From: a virus
Taxonomy: Duplodnaviria; Caudoviricetes
Direction: 5' to 3' (one strand)
Length of the DNA stretch: 64,000 nt
Virus record (IMG/VR): IMGVR_UViG_3300033069_000956
Coordinates: 3,810-67,809 of that record
Below the pieces are notes generated by a model that saw only the letters and a program-made list of their open reading frames with translations, did no database searches and was not told the origin of the DNA. Both the position numbers and the translations under genes were made by a program. Shown here in pieces: positions 63,535-64,000 of the stretch; positions within the stretch are counted from its first letter, which is position 1; each line of letters begins with the position of its first letter.

Positions 63535-63980
63535 TGGCCATCACCCAAGCCCTCTGTACTTCGTTTAAAGTCGAGCTCATGCAGGCGCTGCATGACTTCA
63601 CGAACGGCACGGGCAACAGCTTCAAGCTGGCCCTGTTCCGCGCCCAGGCGTCCATCGTCGGTACGTTCGGGGCGGGCACCACCAACTATTCCGACATGGG
63701 CGCCGACGAAGCTTCCGGCACCAACTACACGGCTGGCGGGTCGGCTTTGACCAACGTTACCCCGACCAGTTCCGGTACCACGGCGTTCACTGACTTCGCG
63801 GATCTGGTGTTCTCCAACGTCACTATCACCACCTCGGGCTGCCTGATCTACAACGACACCAACGCCGATCGCGCCGTGGCTGTGTTTAATTTCGGCGGCG
63901 ACAAGACGGCGACCGCCGGCGACATGACCATCATCTTCCCGACCGCCGACGCCAGCAACGCCATCATCCGGCTCGTTTGA
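63534..63980 (+). CDS. Tail/fibre-associated structural protein
   Basis: MAITQALCTSFKVELM...FKLALF...GCLIYN...AVAVFNFGGDKT.T.GD.TIIFP. Confidence 0.75.
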   Translation: MAITQALCTSFKVELMQALHDFTNGTGNSFKLALFRAQASIVGTFGAGTTNYSDMGADEASGTNYTAGGSALTNVTPTSSGTTAFTDFADLVFSNVTITTSGCLIYNDTNADRAVAVFNFGGDKTATAGDMTIIFPTADASNAIIRLV

Positions 63981-64000
63981 TAGCAGGAGGCGACCATGGC

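Noticed and set aside
1-64000. tRNA/rRNA genes, integrase, cI repressor, alternative genetic code
   Set aside because: No cloverleaf/T-loop signature, recombinase or S24-peptidase repressor was recognised by eye. All core genes read uninterrupted in the standard code. A tRNAscan-SE run would be needed to exclude tRNAs formally.

Overview
Nearly a whole genome (~65% GC, circularly permuted; the window starts and ends inside the tail module) of a podovirus-like tailed phage. GcrA, GapR/DUF2312 and DnaA-C homologues point to an alphaproteobacterial host. Order: tail/ejection genes ending in a 2898-aa polyvalent protein (+, 1-13.8 kb); lysis cassette, primase-helicase, DNA methylase, PolA, Mom-like protein, SSB and Cas4-like exonuclease (-, 14.5-27.8 kb); VRR-NUC and SNF2 helicase (+); many small early/accessory genes (mostly -, 30-45 kb; Acb2, GcrA, Lar, pentapeptide); then TerS, TerL, portal, GroES, scaffold, MCP and head-tail genes (+, 45.4-64 kb). 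I saw no integrase, cI, tRNA or CRISPR. The most striking signal is selfish nuclease architecture. The TerL intein (49022-50038) has no in-frame endonuclease but overprints a complete Zn-finger HNH gene in the +1 frame. The methylase has a 157-codon non-intein insertion hiding an HNH in another frame. A free HNH sits between two versions of the 3' end of the giant virion gene. An EndoVII/PAPS-reductase cassette sits between two related terminators behind MCP. Two virion genes also appear to start at AUU/AUC. All family assignments come from motifs recognised by eye; no searches were run.
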